A DNA stretch of 63,852 bases, counting the filler, from Octopus bimaculoides (taxonomy: Eukaryota), in the NCBI RefSeq assembly GCF_001194135.2. It is 14 parts of 14 records of this genome, joined end to end, with 100 filler letters (N's around TTAATTAATTAA, not from the genome) between each part and the next. Parts side by side here need not be neighbours in the genome. Positions count along the whole stretch, not along the records: positions 50,660 to 54,454 come from NC_068981.1; positions 54,555 to 56,870 come from NC_068987.1; positions 56,971 to 59,770 come from NC_068998.1; positions 59,871 to 62,004 come from NC_068985.1; positions 62,105 to 63,852 come from NC_069000.1; 9 more parts are not named here. One strand, given 5' to 3'. Under the pieces are notes generated by a model that saw nothing but the letters and a program-made list of their open reading frames with translations, was not told the DNA's origin and made no database searches. Positions 50,994 through 63,852 of the stretch are shown in pieces. The first letter of the stretch is position 1. Every line of letters starts with the position of its first letter. The position numbers were made by a program, and so were the translations under genes.

Positions 50994-52409
50994 TAGTATA
51001 TAAAACATGCAAGGTTAAGGATTTAGGCCTGTATCTGTATGTACCTTCTTTTATAGCAGTAATTGTATAGAGAGAGAGACGGTAGGGTCATAGAGAAAAA
51101 GAATTACTAGCTCGAATGCCTGCTTGTGTCCATGGCTTCAGATGTCCAGTCGCCGCCGACCAGCGACCAAGCTGTCGAGGCCGTCACTGCTGGTGACTAA
51201 AGAGAGAAAGAGGAAGTTTTCTTGGAGTGTCCTGTTTTTATAGCCATGAAGCCGGGCAGTGAGTGCAAAGGATTTAGCTTGTTTATCTCTATTCTAGATG
51301 GAGTAGAAGAGGTCAGAAAAGGGTCAAGTGGTGGAGACAGCTTCGGCCTAGCTATTCAAATATGGGTAAAGTGGATCGAATCCACTTCACGCCTGCCAGG
51401 TTCCTAATGGTGTAAAAATATAAACGGAGTGAAAATTCTACAGTCACCAAATCTAGAGAGGAATGATAGGGCTAGANNNNNNNNNNNNNNNNNNNNNNNN
51501 NNNNNNNNNNNNNNNNNNNNNNNNNNNNNNNNNNNNNNNNNNNNNNNNNNNNNNNNNNNNNNNNNNNNNNNNNNNNNNNNNNNNNNNNNNNNNNNNNNNN
51601 NNNNNNNNNNNNNNNNNNNNNNNNNNNNNNNNNNNNNNNNNNNNNNNNNNNNNNNNNNNNNNNNNNNNNNNNNNNNNNNNNNNNNNNNNNNNNNNNNNNN
51701 NNNNNNNNNNCTATCATTTCGTTTTTGCTCTTTAACTAAATGGGAAATTTCAATTGAGAATTAATTTAATGAACGAAGAAAGTCCTCAATTATTTAAACA
51801 AGTTTATCTCATTCTATGCCATTGGGTCATATAAGTTCTTTCTTTCTTTTTTTTAACTATGCAAATTATTGCTCGCTAAAAGCTTTCGTAACTCCTTTTC
51901 TTTGTGCAAAATCTTCTGCAAATGGCTCACGCTAGGCTTTAGTAGACTATACTGTACTGAAGAGGTCACATAATATTGAAACATATCTTGCTTGCAAGCA
52001 ATGATTAGATTTTTTTTCTCCTGAGCATATAAATTAATTTTATGAGCTTGATTCTTAATTTTTGTAAAGTATCTCCCCCTCCTCTTTAATTGTGGTGCGG
52101 ATGTTTTTCTTCTCCCACTTCGAGGGAAACTTCATTTTGTCGAGAATTTTTTATGCGTAACATTCGTCACATCGTCACTAAATTGATTGTCCTCCTATTT
52201 CACAAAAAAGTAAACATTTACGAAAATAGAGAGAGAAAAGAAAAAATAAAAGTATACACAGAATTAGACATTGCGCATGGAAAAGAAAAGATACGGAAAA
52301 GTAACATTGTGTCTGTGAACCAGTGGTTGCATGTTTTACATTAAACCTGTACCATAAAGCCATACTTTGCCTTGTCTATCTGTGGTGAGTTTTACCACCA
52401 AATTAATGT

Positions 52410-52720
52410 TGTAACCATGGAAAACGCATAGAGCATGTTCTCTTCAAATCAATGCGTTTAAAATGTGGGTGTATTGGAGAATGTTACGAGTCTCTTACAA
52501 GGATCATCGGATAAATAAATGGGTGTTACGAGAAGTGAAAGACGACAACATCTGGACATTGTAGAAATGCAAAAGCTCATCTATTGTGGCCATATTCGAA
52601 GACGCAGAGGTTTGGAAAACATTTTCATAGAAGGAAGAGTAGAGACTAGCAGATCAAGAGGCAAGCAAAGAATGCAATAGGTGGACAATATCAGGAGCTG
52701 GTTGGACAAGAGTGACAAAA
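52410..52720 (+). mobile_element. RTE/BovB-like LINE ORF2 C-terminal remnant
   Basis: INAFKMWVYWRMLRVSY...YCGHIRRR...EGRVETSRSRGKQR, degenerate. Confidence 0.7.
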
Positions 52721-53659
52721 AAGCAGGAGAACTGCTGTACAGGCTGGTCGAGCTAAAAGTTAGGAACCATCAACCATCTTTGCACGACTGTACTGCACAA
52801 CTTTCCATTGCTTCCTCTTGGTCATGAAAAAGTCACATAACAAGAACGACCATTGTAATTTGGGCCTGATGCCACAGTGGAAGGACACCTTAAGTCATCA
52901 ACTGCCGCGAGCCAAATATTTCATTAGGTCGCAGTTTATTTAACATTAATATTGTCTTTCGATGTAAGGAGCTGGCAGAATCATTACCGCTCCGGAAAAA
53001 AAACTGCTTAGCATCATTTCTTCCGACTTTAAGTTCTGAGTTTAAATTGTGACGAAGTCGACTTTACTTTTCATTCGTTCGGGGCTGATAAAATAAGTAC
53101 CAGTTGAGTTCTGGGGTTGATGTACTCCTACCAACGAAATTTCTGGCCTTATGCCAAAATTTGAAACCGATATTGTCCTTCGGTGTGATGTCATAATTCT
53201 TCTCGAGCCACTAGATTTCTTTTTTTTTTTTTTTGCCCAAATTGTTGGAATTTTAGGCCCCTAAATGCTGAAGATATTGTCCGTCATCTTTCAGGATACT
53301 CAAGCGCTGAGATTTCCCTGGATTGAATTCCACACATAACCATGCAACCATTTTTCTCCAGCGATCTCAAGACTCATTGTCTTCCGTAGACTGATGGCGT
53401 TACCATTTATACTTTTTATAAAGGCCCTGCAGACTGGATGCCTTGTATTGTCATTAGTTTTTCGTCCTCGACACTGCATTCCAACCCCCATCGTTAGTAG
53501 TTGGGTAATGAACAGAACTACGGATATTGTACATCCTGTTATAACGCCCTTCGTCTCTGAGTTCAAATTCCGCCGAGGTCGGCTTTGCCTTTCATCCTTT
53601 CGGAGTGGATAAATTAAGTACCAGTTGCGTACTAGGGTTGATTTAATCTAAAGTCCATT

Positions 53660-54454
53660 GACAGGGATCTGGTTACTGGAAGTTGAACAAGACCCTATTG
53701 GCTTGCGAANNNNNNNNNNNNNNNNNNNNNNNNNNNNNNNNNNNNNNNNNNNNNNNNNNNNNNNNNNNNNNNNNNNNNNNNNNNNNNNNNNNNNNNNNNN
53801 NNNNNNNNNGGGCACTGGTGAATTTAGACCAGTCTAAGGCATTCGATAGGGTTGACCATCGGTATCTAGCGGCGGTCGGATTGGGTCCGACTCTCCGCGG
53901 ATGGATCAATGCTATATATAGCGACATTGATTCATCGTCCGGGTGAACGGTTTCTTCTCGAAGCCGTTCACCGGGGCTTCCCCCTGTTCCCGCTCCTGTA
54001 TGTGTTGGCTCTTGATCCACTGCTGCGGAGGTTGGAGGCCACGGAGGGTGACCCGCATGATCTATGTTACGGTAGGAGGGCGACAGCATATGTAGATGAT
54101 GTTACCAACATCGTGTCTGATGAAAGGCAGCTGCCTTGTGTAAAAGACGCCATCAAAGGATACGAGGCGATGGCAGGAGCAAAAATCAACCAAGAAAAAT
54201 CAGTCGGCTTGCAACTCGGCGCCCGGAGGGGCAAGTCGATGCCTCCCAACAGCGTCGTGGGACGTTGGACGGAGGGCCCGGTCAAATTACTTGGGGTCTG
54301 GTTTGGGCCAGATCTCCAGATGGAGAAAAACTAGAGCGAGGTCACGGACAAGGTGTGGCTAACCAAGCTGGAACGGATCCTCTTCCGCTTTTTGTGGAAT
54401 GGGAAACCACTAATTGTGAGGCGCTCCATCTGCTGCCAGAAACCGTTAGAGGGT
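53660..54454 (+). mobile_element. Tx1/L1-clade LINE reverse transcriptase remnant
   Basis: YWKLNKTLL, LDQSKAFDRVDH, PLLYVLALDPLL, AYVDDVT, GAKINQEKS, VKLLGVWF; frameshifted, gapped. Confidence 0.88.
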
Positions 54455-54554
54455 NNNNNNNNNNNNNNNNNNNNNNNNNNNNNNNNNNNNNNNNNNNNTT
54501 AATTAATTAANNNNNNNNNNNNNNNNNNNNNNNNNNNNNNNNNNNNNNNNNNNN

Positions 54555-54587
<33 letters not shown>

Positions 54588-54635
54588 TATATGTATGTAA
54601 GCGTGTATGTATGTGTATATATACATACATATATA

Positions 54636-54668
<33 letters not shown>

Positions 54669-55859
54669 ACATGTATGTATGTGTATACACGCACACACAC
54701 ATATTGGTTAACACTGCACTACAACGCCATTACAAAACACGAAGTCATATATCTGCATTGCTGCGCTGCACAGCATTCCTCCATTACTTTACTACATTCC
54801 AGCAGAACAGCACTACATCACAAACATGCACAACAGCACAACACTGCCCTGCCGCACCACATACTCCTACCATCGTTTTGCGACTTTACACGTCTATACC
54901 AACACACATCACCATAATATCACTATACCTCTGCACCAACCACTTATTACTATCATGATATAAAACTGCTGTTAATTAAAACTTTTGCAGTCGTTATAAG
55001 TTAACTCACTGTCTTTATATTTCTGAAAACTGTTTACATCAGCAACAATGAAAGGAATGTGTTACCTGAAACCTTGATATTAGAAAAATAAAATTAAATA
55101 TAGAAAACAAGCAACAATTTTTTGAATTCTTTCCTTAAAACTCAAAGATAAGTTACGAAAGATAATGTTCGTAGATGAATTTCTTCACGTCATAGTACAA
55201 TTGCACCTATTTTTTCTTTTTTGTGTGTGTATAAAATTTAGTTACATCATATAAGATTATTTAATCTTAGATATCAACATATCTCAAATACATCCTTCTT
55301 TATAATTCTTCTCTTACTGAACTGAAGCCCTGTTGAATCAACACTCTTTAAGGGGTATTTCAGTTGATTTTATCGACTTCCAGCGTACTTTTTTCTAGTT
55401 ATTTGATTACTTTTGAAACATGAAAATGTAGTGGATGTTGGAATAAAGTTAAAAACTCTAACCGTAAAGTATTTTGTGGTTGAATACATCGGTTCTCATT
55501 CGCAGAGTAAATCTTTCTACTATAGGTACAAAGTCTAAAATTAGACTACGGCCATACTGGAGGACCGCCTTGAAGAATTTTAGTCGAACTCACCAACCCC
55601 AACTCTTATAATTATTATTGTTATTATTATGTAAAGCCTGGTACTTATTCTATCGGCTTCTTTGTTACGGGGACGTAAACACACTAATATCGGTTGTCAA
55701 CCGGTGGTGGGGAACAAACACTTACACACGTGAGCGCGCGCACACACACACATACACACACGCAACACGATGGGCTCCTTTCACTTTCCGTCTACAATTT
55801 CACCTACAAGGCTTTGATCAGCACGAGGCTATAGTAGAAGATTGATCCGATTAAATTAT

Positions 55860-56345
55860 TCTTTTCTACTCTAGGTACAAGGCCTGAAATTTTGGGGGAG
55901 GGGACCAGTCAATTAGATCGACTCCAGTACGCAACTGGTACTTAATTTATCGACTCCGAAAGGATGAAAGGCAAAGTCGACCTCGACGGAATTTGAACTC
56001 AGAACGTAGCGGCCGACGAAAAACCGCTAAGCATTTCGCCCGGCGTGCTAACGTTTCTTATTTCTTTATTGCCCACAAGGGGCTAAACATAGAAGGGACA
56101 AACAAGGACAGACAAAGTGATTAAGTCGATTACATCGATCTCAGTGCGTAACTAGTACTTATTTAATCGACCCCAGTGCGTAACCAGTACTTATTTAATC
56201 GACCCCGAAAGGATGAAAGGCACAGTTTGACCTCGGCGGAATTTGAACTCAGAACGTAGCGGCAGACGAAATACCGCTAAGCATTTCGCCCGACGTGCTA
56301 ACGTTTCTGCAATCATTTCGCACGGCGTGTTAACGTTTCTGCCAG
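55860..56345 (-). mobile_element. tRNA-head SINE family C, tandem cluster; other copies near 4060, 21995-22520, 23520, 30202, 37650-38420, 52965(+), 53550(+), 60165(+)
   Basis: Head ggcgagctggcagaa...gttcaaattcc, core gcctttcatcctttcggggtcgataaattaagtaccag (possibly Meta/MESC-like, unverified). Confidence 0.85.
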
Positions 56346-57453
56346 ATCTAATTAAATTATTGCAATGTTGGATTGCTATGTAACATTAAGTCTTATGCAA
56401 GAAAAACATTATAGCCGTCTGTTACTATCATCACAAAACATAGAATCTTTACATTCTTATGTTCTTTTACTTATTTCACTAATTTGATTGCGACCACAAG
56501 GGTTTTAGCCGAAGAAATCGACCCCAGGACTTATTTTCTTAAAGCCTGGTACGTATTCCATCGGTCTCTATTGACATAAACATACCAACAACGGTTATCA
56601 AGCCGGGGGGGGGGGGCACATATACACGCACACATAAATATATACATATATACGATGGGCTTCTTTCAGTTTCCGTCTACCAAATCCACTCACAAGGCTT
56701 TGGTCGGCCCAAGGCTATAATAGAAGACACTTGCCCGAAGTGCCACGCAGTGGGACTGAACCCGGAACCACGTGGTTGAGAAGCAAGCTTCTTACCACAT
56801 GTTTACTAAATTACTAGAAATTTACTAAATTACTTGAAATAGCAACCAAATCAGATAATACCTCCCCATANNNNNNNNNNNNNNNNNNNNNNNNNNNNNN
56901 NNNNNNNNNNNNNNTTAATTAATTAANNNNNNNNNNNNNNNNNNNNNNNNNNNNNNNNNNNNNNNNNNNNCCATCAGCATCCACAGGACTGAAAGCCCTG
57001 TGGATGTTGTTGGTCTTGCTCTACTCTCAAACTTGTAACAGGTGAAATAGTCTCCCCTCTCCTGACTGGAGGTGGTTGTATATTGTAGCCTTTGTGACAT
57101 GACAACTGCATGGTTCCAAGTGAGCCACTTTTGGCAAGAAGAGCTGGTGATGTGGAAAAAACAGACACCCCTCATTGTGATAAAATTAGAGAATTAGGGT
57201 GGAAGAGAAAGAAAGAAAAAAAGAACTAAGCTGAGTATTTGAGAGGCACTTTATTTATTGACTGCAAAATATGAACAGCAAAGTCGACCTCAGCATATAT
57301 TTGAACTTTGAATATATAAAAAAAAACCATAGCTAAGTCCTTTTATCCGACATTCTACCAGTCTTGCATTCCACCTTTTCTGTGATTCTGATATTAAAAT
57401 AAAAATATACGTGCAGTTTATTTCGATAATTTTGTTTAATTTTTCTGTGTTAG

Positions 57454-57549
57454 ACTCCTGAAGATGTGGCTGATTTTAATCCCTACAAGAATAATTTGTG
57501 GCCCCAGAGGTTGTATGTAAAGAAAAGGTTTATTCAAGCTGTACATAAG
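57454..57549 (+). CDS. CFAP221: Internal exon, CFAP221/PCDP1-like (TPEDVADFNPYKNNLWPQRLYVKKRFIQAVHK)
   Basis: Acceptor ttttctgtgttag, donor GTAAGC; 96 nt open; aligns with recalled CFAP221 FDPLINNTWLSRSRAQKRFQQVARK. Confidence 0.72.
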
Positions 57550-58297
57550 GTAAGCAACATAACTATATTACTATTATAATGAACCAATACCCTGTATTTA
57601 TACATATGCACACACATTCACATACTTATATATGATTTCATAAACACAGCAATACTAAAAACCAGTATTTAGAAATCAATATACATAGGCTTTAGAGTAA
57701 AGTATAAGGCGGGTACATACCATTATGTTAATCAACGAATGACGAAGAAAGATGAGTTATGAAATCATCATGTAATCTTCATTAGCTTACTGTTGTTTCT
57801 GCTGTAAAAAGCTGTGTATTCAGATATGGTGGTTGTCTACTCCTTATGCAGAGTCTCACCACTTCTTGTACTTACACCTTAGATCCATCATAACGTCTGA
57901 TGTGACTTTTTAAACCAGACAATGTTTTGAAAAGACAACCACATAAAAGTTAAGCTCTGATCTTTGTAGATCTTCATATGTCTTTTGAGACCTTATGGCA
58001 TACATGGCATTGACAGGTATTCACAGATAGATAGATAGAGTAGTTGATGGAAGTTCATTTTTCACGGGTCCACAAAATGAGATTTAAGCCCAGAAAAAGA
58101 ACAGTGACAAACAAGAAAAAGGCGGAGGAGAAGGAGAAGAGAGAGAAGAAAAAGAAGGAAGAGGAGGAGGAGGGGGAGGTGGTGAAAAAAGCAAAAGAAG
58201 AAATATAAAGAAAATGAATTTAACAGCAAAAAAAAAAAATAATTAAGAAAAAGATTAAAAAAAAACCCACCTCACCAAATTGGTTTAGTAATAAAGT

Positions 58298-58335
<38 letters not shown>

Positions 58336-58336
58336 T

Positions 58337-58368
<32 letters not shown>

Positions 58369-58884
58369 TGTTGCTGTTGTTGTTCTTGTTGTAGTAGAGG
58401 AAGGAGAAATGGAAGAAAAGCGACCAAAGATAGAAATTGAGAAAATGTTATAAGACTTATTGAGTTTAGAATGGTTGTTGGAATTAATTGTAGGTGAAGT
58501 TCTTTGATTTAGTGTTTGAACAAAGGGAATTATGTAAATGGTACACATACAACTAATTTTTTTTATATTGTTCTTTTTTTTTGCCTTTTTCTGAGATTGT
58601 TGGAATGTCTTTTTTTTCATTTTTGTTCAGCTAATCCATTAAATTAACTGAACACTAAAGATAACTAAATGTGTACACATACACACATGTATGTATGTAT
58701 AATATGTATATGTGTATACATGTAAATGCATTTATATATGTATATATATATATATGCATGTGTGTGTGTGTTTGCATGTATATATCTAAAAGTATAAACA
58801 TACATTTATATGTATATGTATATATATGTGTTTGTGCGTATGTATGTACATATCTGTATGTATGTATGTGTATATATGTATATA

Positions 58885-58941
<57 letters not shown>

Positions 58942-59466
58942 TTAATTGGAGGATATGTTAAACTAATGAAGGGGTGGTTGCATCCAAGGAAATACTGGTT
59001 CAATACCTAGTATTGTTGGGGAATGAAATTCCCTTAAATCAGTAGGTTTATATTAAGCATATAGATTATATCCAGTTAAAAGAAGAAAACAAAATGGAAA
59101 TTAGGAAGTTAATAATTGTTTATTATCAACAAATTGGTCATCTTCGTTTCTTACAACTGATGCCAGTACCACCTGATTGGTACCTGTACCGGTGGCATGT
59201 AAAAAGCACCGTTCAAGCGTGATCAATGCCAGTACTGCCTAACTGGCCTTTGTGCCAGTGGCATGTAAAAAGCACCCACGACACTCTTGGAGTGTTTGGT
59301 GTTAGGAAGGGCATCCAGCTGTAGAAACTCTGCCAGATCAGATTGGAACCTACACAACTACACAAACACACAAGCAAACAATCACAGACATATACTGACA
59401 AACACGTATACACACACCCACACATACACATATGCTTGCATTTAAATGTGTTAAACCATTTTTCAG

Positions 59467-59560
59467 GTCATCATCCAAAACCGATACTCAAAAAGGCTGA
59501 AAATTTTGAAGGACCTTGCTGAAAAATGGAGGCATGAAACGTTTATACCAGATTCCATTG
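59467..59560 (+). CDS. CFAP221: Next CFAP221-like exon (VIIQNRYSKRLKILKDLAEKWRHETFIPDSI)
   Basis: Acceptor ccatttttcag; in frame with the 57454 exon (HK|VIIQNR vs RK|VMIQGR); donor GTTTGT tentative, alternative GTATGA at 59596. Confidence 0.68.
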
Positions 59561-59699
59561 GTTTGTTGATCACTTATGTCTTTACAATGGATGCAGTATG
59601 AATGGCTACATCTTTACTGCTGCTGCTGCTGCTGCTTGTCTTCTTGCTCCTCCTGCTTATTCTCCCTCCTCCTCCTCCTGCTTCTCTGCCTTCTTGTGA

Positions 59700-59770
59700 T
59701 GTTGCTCCTCCTCCCCCTTTCTGCTGCTCCTCCCCCTTTCTGCTGCTCCTCCCCCTTTCTGCTGCTCCTC
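59700..59770. repeat. 19-bp minisatellite (ctgctcctccccctttctg)n truncated by a gap
   Basis: About three units visible. Confidence 0.85.
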
Positions 59771-61274
59771 NNNNNNNNNNNNNNNNNNNNNNNNNNNNNN
59801 NNNNNNNNNNNNNNTTAATTAATTAANNNNNNNNNNNNNNNNNNNNNNNNNNNNNNNNNNNNNNNNNNNNTATATATATATATATGTATATATATACATA
59901 TATATATATACATATATATGTTTTATTCTGTTAAGGACGTAGTAAAGTACGGTCTAAAGCTCATCGACACCACAGGACGTTTACATAACCAAATATCTGC
60001 GAACATGGAGAGCCACGTTGCGAGGAAACAATTGTAGTGATTACAAATAAATGTTTTCCTGTACTCCATCTTGTCAACTCCATGTTATTCAATTCCGTGT
60101 GCGTGTGCGCATACATGTAATGCTGTATATTACGTTTGTGTTCAGTATGACAATTTATATATAGGGCTGCGTTGTAGAACATTCATTAGAATGCCGGACA
60201 AAATGCTTCGCGATATTTCATCCGTCTTCATGTTCTGAGTAAAATTTCTGACAAGCTCGACTTTTTTCGAAGTCGACAAAATAATTGTCAGTTTGAGTAC
60301 TGGCTTCGATGTAACCGACATAACCACTTCCTTTAATTTCGAAACCAATATACGAAGTTATATAATACGAAACCCTGTCTAATTTTTTCATATGTTTCTC
60401 TCCTTTCCCGCAGGTCTTTTGTGACTATATGCCTGTTTTTTGTAAGTCTCTTTTCTTCCGATGCTGTGTTGCGCTGTCTATCATCGTCTTGCATTCTGAG
60501 TTCATTCTTAAATATAAACGATTTATTTTCTAATGGAATTTCAAATCTTATAATATATTAATCTGCTTTCACCGTATTATTATTCTTATATCAATAAGAG
60601 TTCTTAAGATTAGTTTGTAATAGTTTTAATTTTCTGACGCGGTAAATAGTTGATAGTTAATTGTATAAACAATTAAATAACCTGTATCATTTTGCCTGAG
60701 TAGTCTTGCGTTATCTTTCCAAAGATAAATATATGTTGTAAAAAAAGAATTTATATTCGAATTTAATTAGAAGTGATTAGATATTGGCAAAAAATTGTTA
60801 GAACTTAATTTTAATTCAAGTGTGATGTTTGGACCAACATCCCAATAATAGATCTGAATTTTCCCCTGCCTGTCATAAAAGGCAAGCCAAAGAAACTCAA
60901 GTAGTATTTGAATTCCGACCTTGTAAAACGCTTACCATCAAAGACACTCCATAACAAACCCAACATTTGGAAGTTTGTCATCTATCTGGTGCAGAGAATA
61001 GCAGCTGGTGGGTGTAATGACGCGCTGTTATATTGCATGCCACGGACGACCACTACTTCTACTTGCCGAAGGATAAGAATTCTGGTTTTACAATTTGGTC
61101 AGATATATATATATAGAAACTCGTAATTCATATATACAAGTATGTGTATATGAGCTTATGTTCTACATCTTGTTTTGGTATACATTGGCTGCTTTCTTCC
61201 AAGGAATCTAATGCTCTTAGCTTAGTTTTAATAAAGAATTGGGAAACGAGAGATAGATAGTTAATTAGTTAGAT

Positions 61275-62004
61275 ATTGTGTTGGCAAATAAGTTCCCGCT
61301 GATTTTCTTAAATTTAAAATTTGTAAAAGTTTTAATAAAAAAATAACTACTTAATCAATAGTGTATTCACCCTTATTGTTTGCAACTTCTTCCCAAAGTT
61401 CAACAAAATTGTCAATACCAAAATGTTAGAATCTGCCAATTTCGACTCGAAAACTTTATCCATCCAAGCTCTTAATTCTGCATCAGTGTTGAACGAAACT
61501 CCGCACAAAGCATTTAGAAGAGATCGAAAGAGGTGGAAATTCGTTGGTGCCATAACTAAGAGAGTACGGCGTGTGTGGTAGCACTTCCCAGCTATGTGTC
61601 TGAATGGCTTATATGGTCATATTGGCGATACGAGGGCGAGCATTGTTGTGCAGCAGAGTAACTCCATGCTGACGATTAAGTCTTTTCTCTTGAACAGCCG
61701 TGTTGAGTCGTTCCATCTGTTGAACACAGAGTTCCGCGTTGACCGTTTGGTTCCGTTCAAGCAATTCGTAATGGATAATCCCTTCCAAGCCCCACCGTAC
61801 GCACATCATTTTACACGTATGAAGATCTAGTTTCACGCGCGGTGTCGCTTTTTTACCGGGATTAAACCCTCCCTTACGCTGCTTCATATTAATGTACAGG
61901 CCCCGTTTTTCATCACCTGTAACGATTCGGTAAAGAAATCGTTGCTTGTGTCCATTAGTTGAGCAGTAACTAGCAAGCGAACCAGCGGAGTTTGTGGCTC
62001 GTTG
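61275..62004 (-). mobile_element. Mariner (D,D34D) transposase remnant
   Basis: WGLEGIIHYELL..NQTVNAE.CVQQMERL, LLHNNARP, HTPYS.APTNFHLFRSL; stops and frameshifts. Confidence 0.9.
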
Positions 62005-63821
62005 NNNNNNNNNNNNNNNNNNNNNNNNNNNNNNNNNNNNNNNNNNNNTTAATTAATTAANNNNNNNNNNNNNNNNNNNNNNNNNNNNNNNNNNNNNNNN
62101 NNNNTATATATATATATATATATATATGGCTGTGTGGTAAGTAGCTTGCTAACAAACCACATGGCTCCGGGTTCAGTCCCACTGCGTGGCAACTTGGGCA
62201 AGTGTCTTCTACTATAGTCTCGAGCCGACCAAAGCCTCGTGAGTGGATTTGGTAGACGGAAACTGAAAGAAGCCCGTTGTATCTCTCTCTATATATATGT
62301 TGGTGTGTGTGTGTTTGTTCCCCTACCATCACTTGACAACCGATGTTGGTGTGTTTACGTCCCCGTAACTTAGCGATTCGACCAAAGATATCGATAGAAT
62401 AAGTACTAGGCTTACAAAGAATAAGTCCTGGGGGTCGATGTGTTCGACTAAAGGCGGTGATCCAGCATGGCCGCAGGCAAATGACTGAAACAAGTAAAAG
62501 AGTATATATATGTACGTTTATGTATGTGTGTGTGTATATGTATGTGTGTGTGTGTATATGTATGTGTGTGTGTATATGTATGTGTGTGTGTATATGTATG
62601 TGTGTGTGTATATGTATGTGTGCGTTTGTTATAGGTGGGATTTTCTTTTTTCCTACAGTACTTTTTTTTATTTCGTTATTTTACTCCCTTGCTCATCTCG
62701 CCCTCTTCCGAGATACTCCTGCCAATCTCCCCTACACATGTTACCTTTCAAATCTATGCTTTTCCCATCCTCTCTGAAGCTTTCACCCTTACTTCTGTCT
62801 GTCTCTCTTCCGCCCACTATTACAATTGAAAGGGACAAAAAGAAAAAAAAAGGAAATATTTACATACAAGTACACAACAGCGTTTGTTGTAGTATATACA
62901 TATATATCTACTCATGTACAAAGACAGATACACGAAAACACACATATCGATTACAAAACCATTGCAGCAGATCGAAGCGTTAATACAACGAAACTCAACA
63001 TATCGTGTTCTCTGCCAGGAGCAAGAAAAGAATAGAAGAATACAAGAGCTTAAACAGCGAAAACTGAATCGCAAACCTGAGAGTGGCGTTAATGGCCGGA
63101 CAGTGCAGGTGGATCTGAAGGAATCATTCCGGTTCCTAAGGATTGCTGCAACAACAAAAGTAGTGCCCTTTTGTTGACGTTACTCTGATGCTACAAATCA
63201 ACAACCCCAAAAATTCAGAACAAATAGAGTTCTTTTCTCTTTTCTCCTTTACTCGTATCAGTCATTGGACTGCGGCCATGCTGAAGCACTGCCTTGGAGT
63301 AATTTGGTCGGGTGAATCGACTCCAGTACTTATGCTTTAAAAGCCTGGTACTTATTCTATCGGGCTCTTTTGCCCAACCGCTAAGTTTCTGGGACGCAAA
63401 GACACCGACACTGGTTACCAAGTTAAAGATCCCAGTTATAAATACATATATTGCTTTATATGTTTCAATCATTTGACTGCGGCCATGAAGGAGCACTGTC
63501 TTACAGGGTTTTAGTCGAAGAAATCGACCCCAGAACTTATTCTTTGTAAGCCTAGTACTTATTATATCGGTCTGAATCGCTAAGTTACATATCAACATCG
63601 GTTGTCAAGTGATGGTGGGGGACAAACACAGGCACAAAACTCACCCATATATACACATATATACGACGTGCTTCTTTCAGTTTCCGTCTACCAATTCCAC
63701 TCACAAGGTATTGGCCGGCCTGAGGTTATAGTAGAAGACACTTACCCAAGGTGCCCGCACTGACTGAACCCGGAACCATGTTGTTGGGAAGCAAGCTTCT
63801 TATCACACAGCCATGCCTCTG

Positions 63822-63852
<31 letters not shown>

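Noticed and set aside
53295-53339. TQALRFP resembling CFAP221 YQNLRFP after an AG
   Set aside because: In-frame stop after 14 codons and no donor; likely chance

Overview
Eukaryotic, AT-rich, microsatellite- and retroposon-dense DNA from a fragmented draft assembly. It is most likely an octopus (inferred from repeat content, not proven). No prokaryotic features (CRISPR, operons, rRNA, tRNA genes) are supported, and almost all ORFs in the supplied track are microsatellite or N-gap read-throughs. Genes: (1) a DPY19L3-type C-mannosyltransferase on the minus strand, with 12 coding exons resolved (40415 to 18025, 1407 nt, consistent phases). Two internal exons probably lie in N-gaps and the 3' exons are missing beyond an artificial contig join. 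(2) Two plus-strand exons (57454-57549, 59467-59560) resembling CFAP221/PCDP1. The rest is SINEs, RTE, Tx1, R4/Dong and Penelope-like retroelement remnants, mariner remnants, MITEs and Helitron ends. Thirteen synthetic N44-TTAATTAATTAA-N44 linkers mean long-range order is not evidence. The best second-look item is a ~150-bp-arm inverted repeat about 70 nt from a DPY19L3 splice acceptor, carrying a Penelope-type minimal hammerhead ribozyme motif on both strands. It sits in a cluster of intronic dsRNA-forming repeats that also includes a duplicated decoy splice acceptor. I cannot claim a demonstrably new biological system; these are testable hypotheses. Protein family calls rest on recalled sequences and need BLAST/HMM confirmation.
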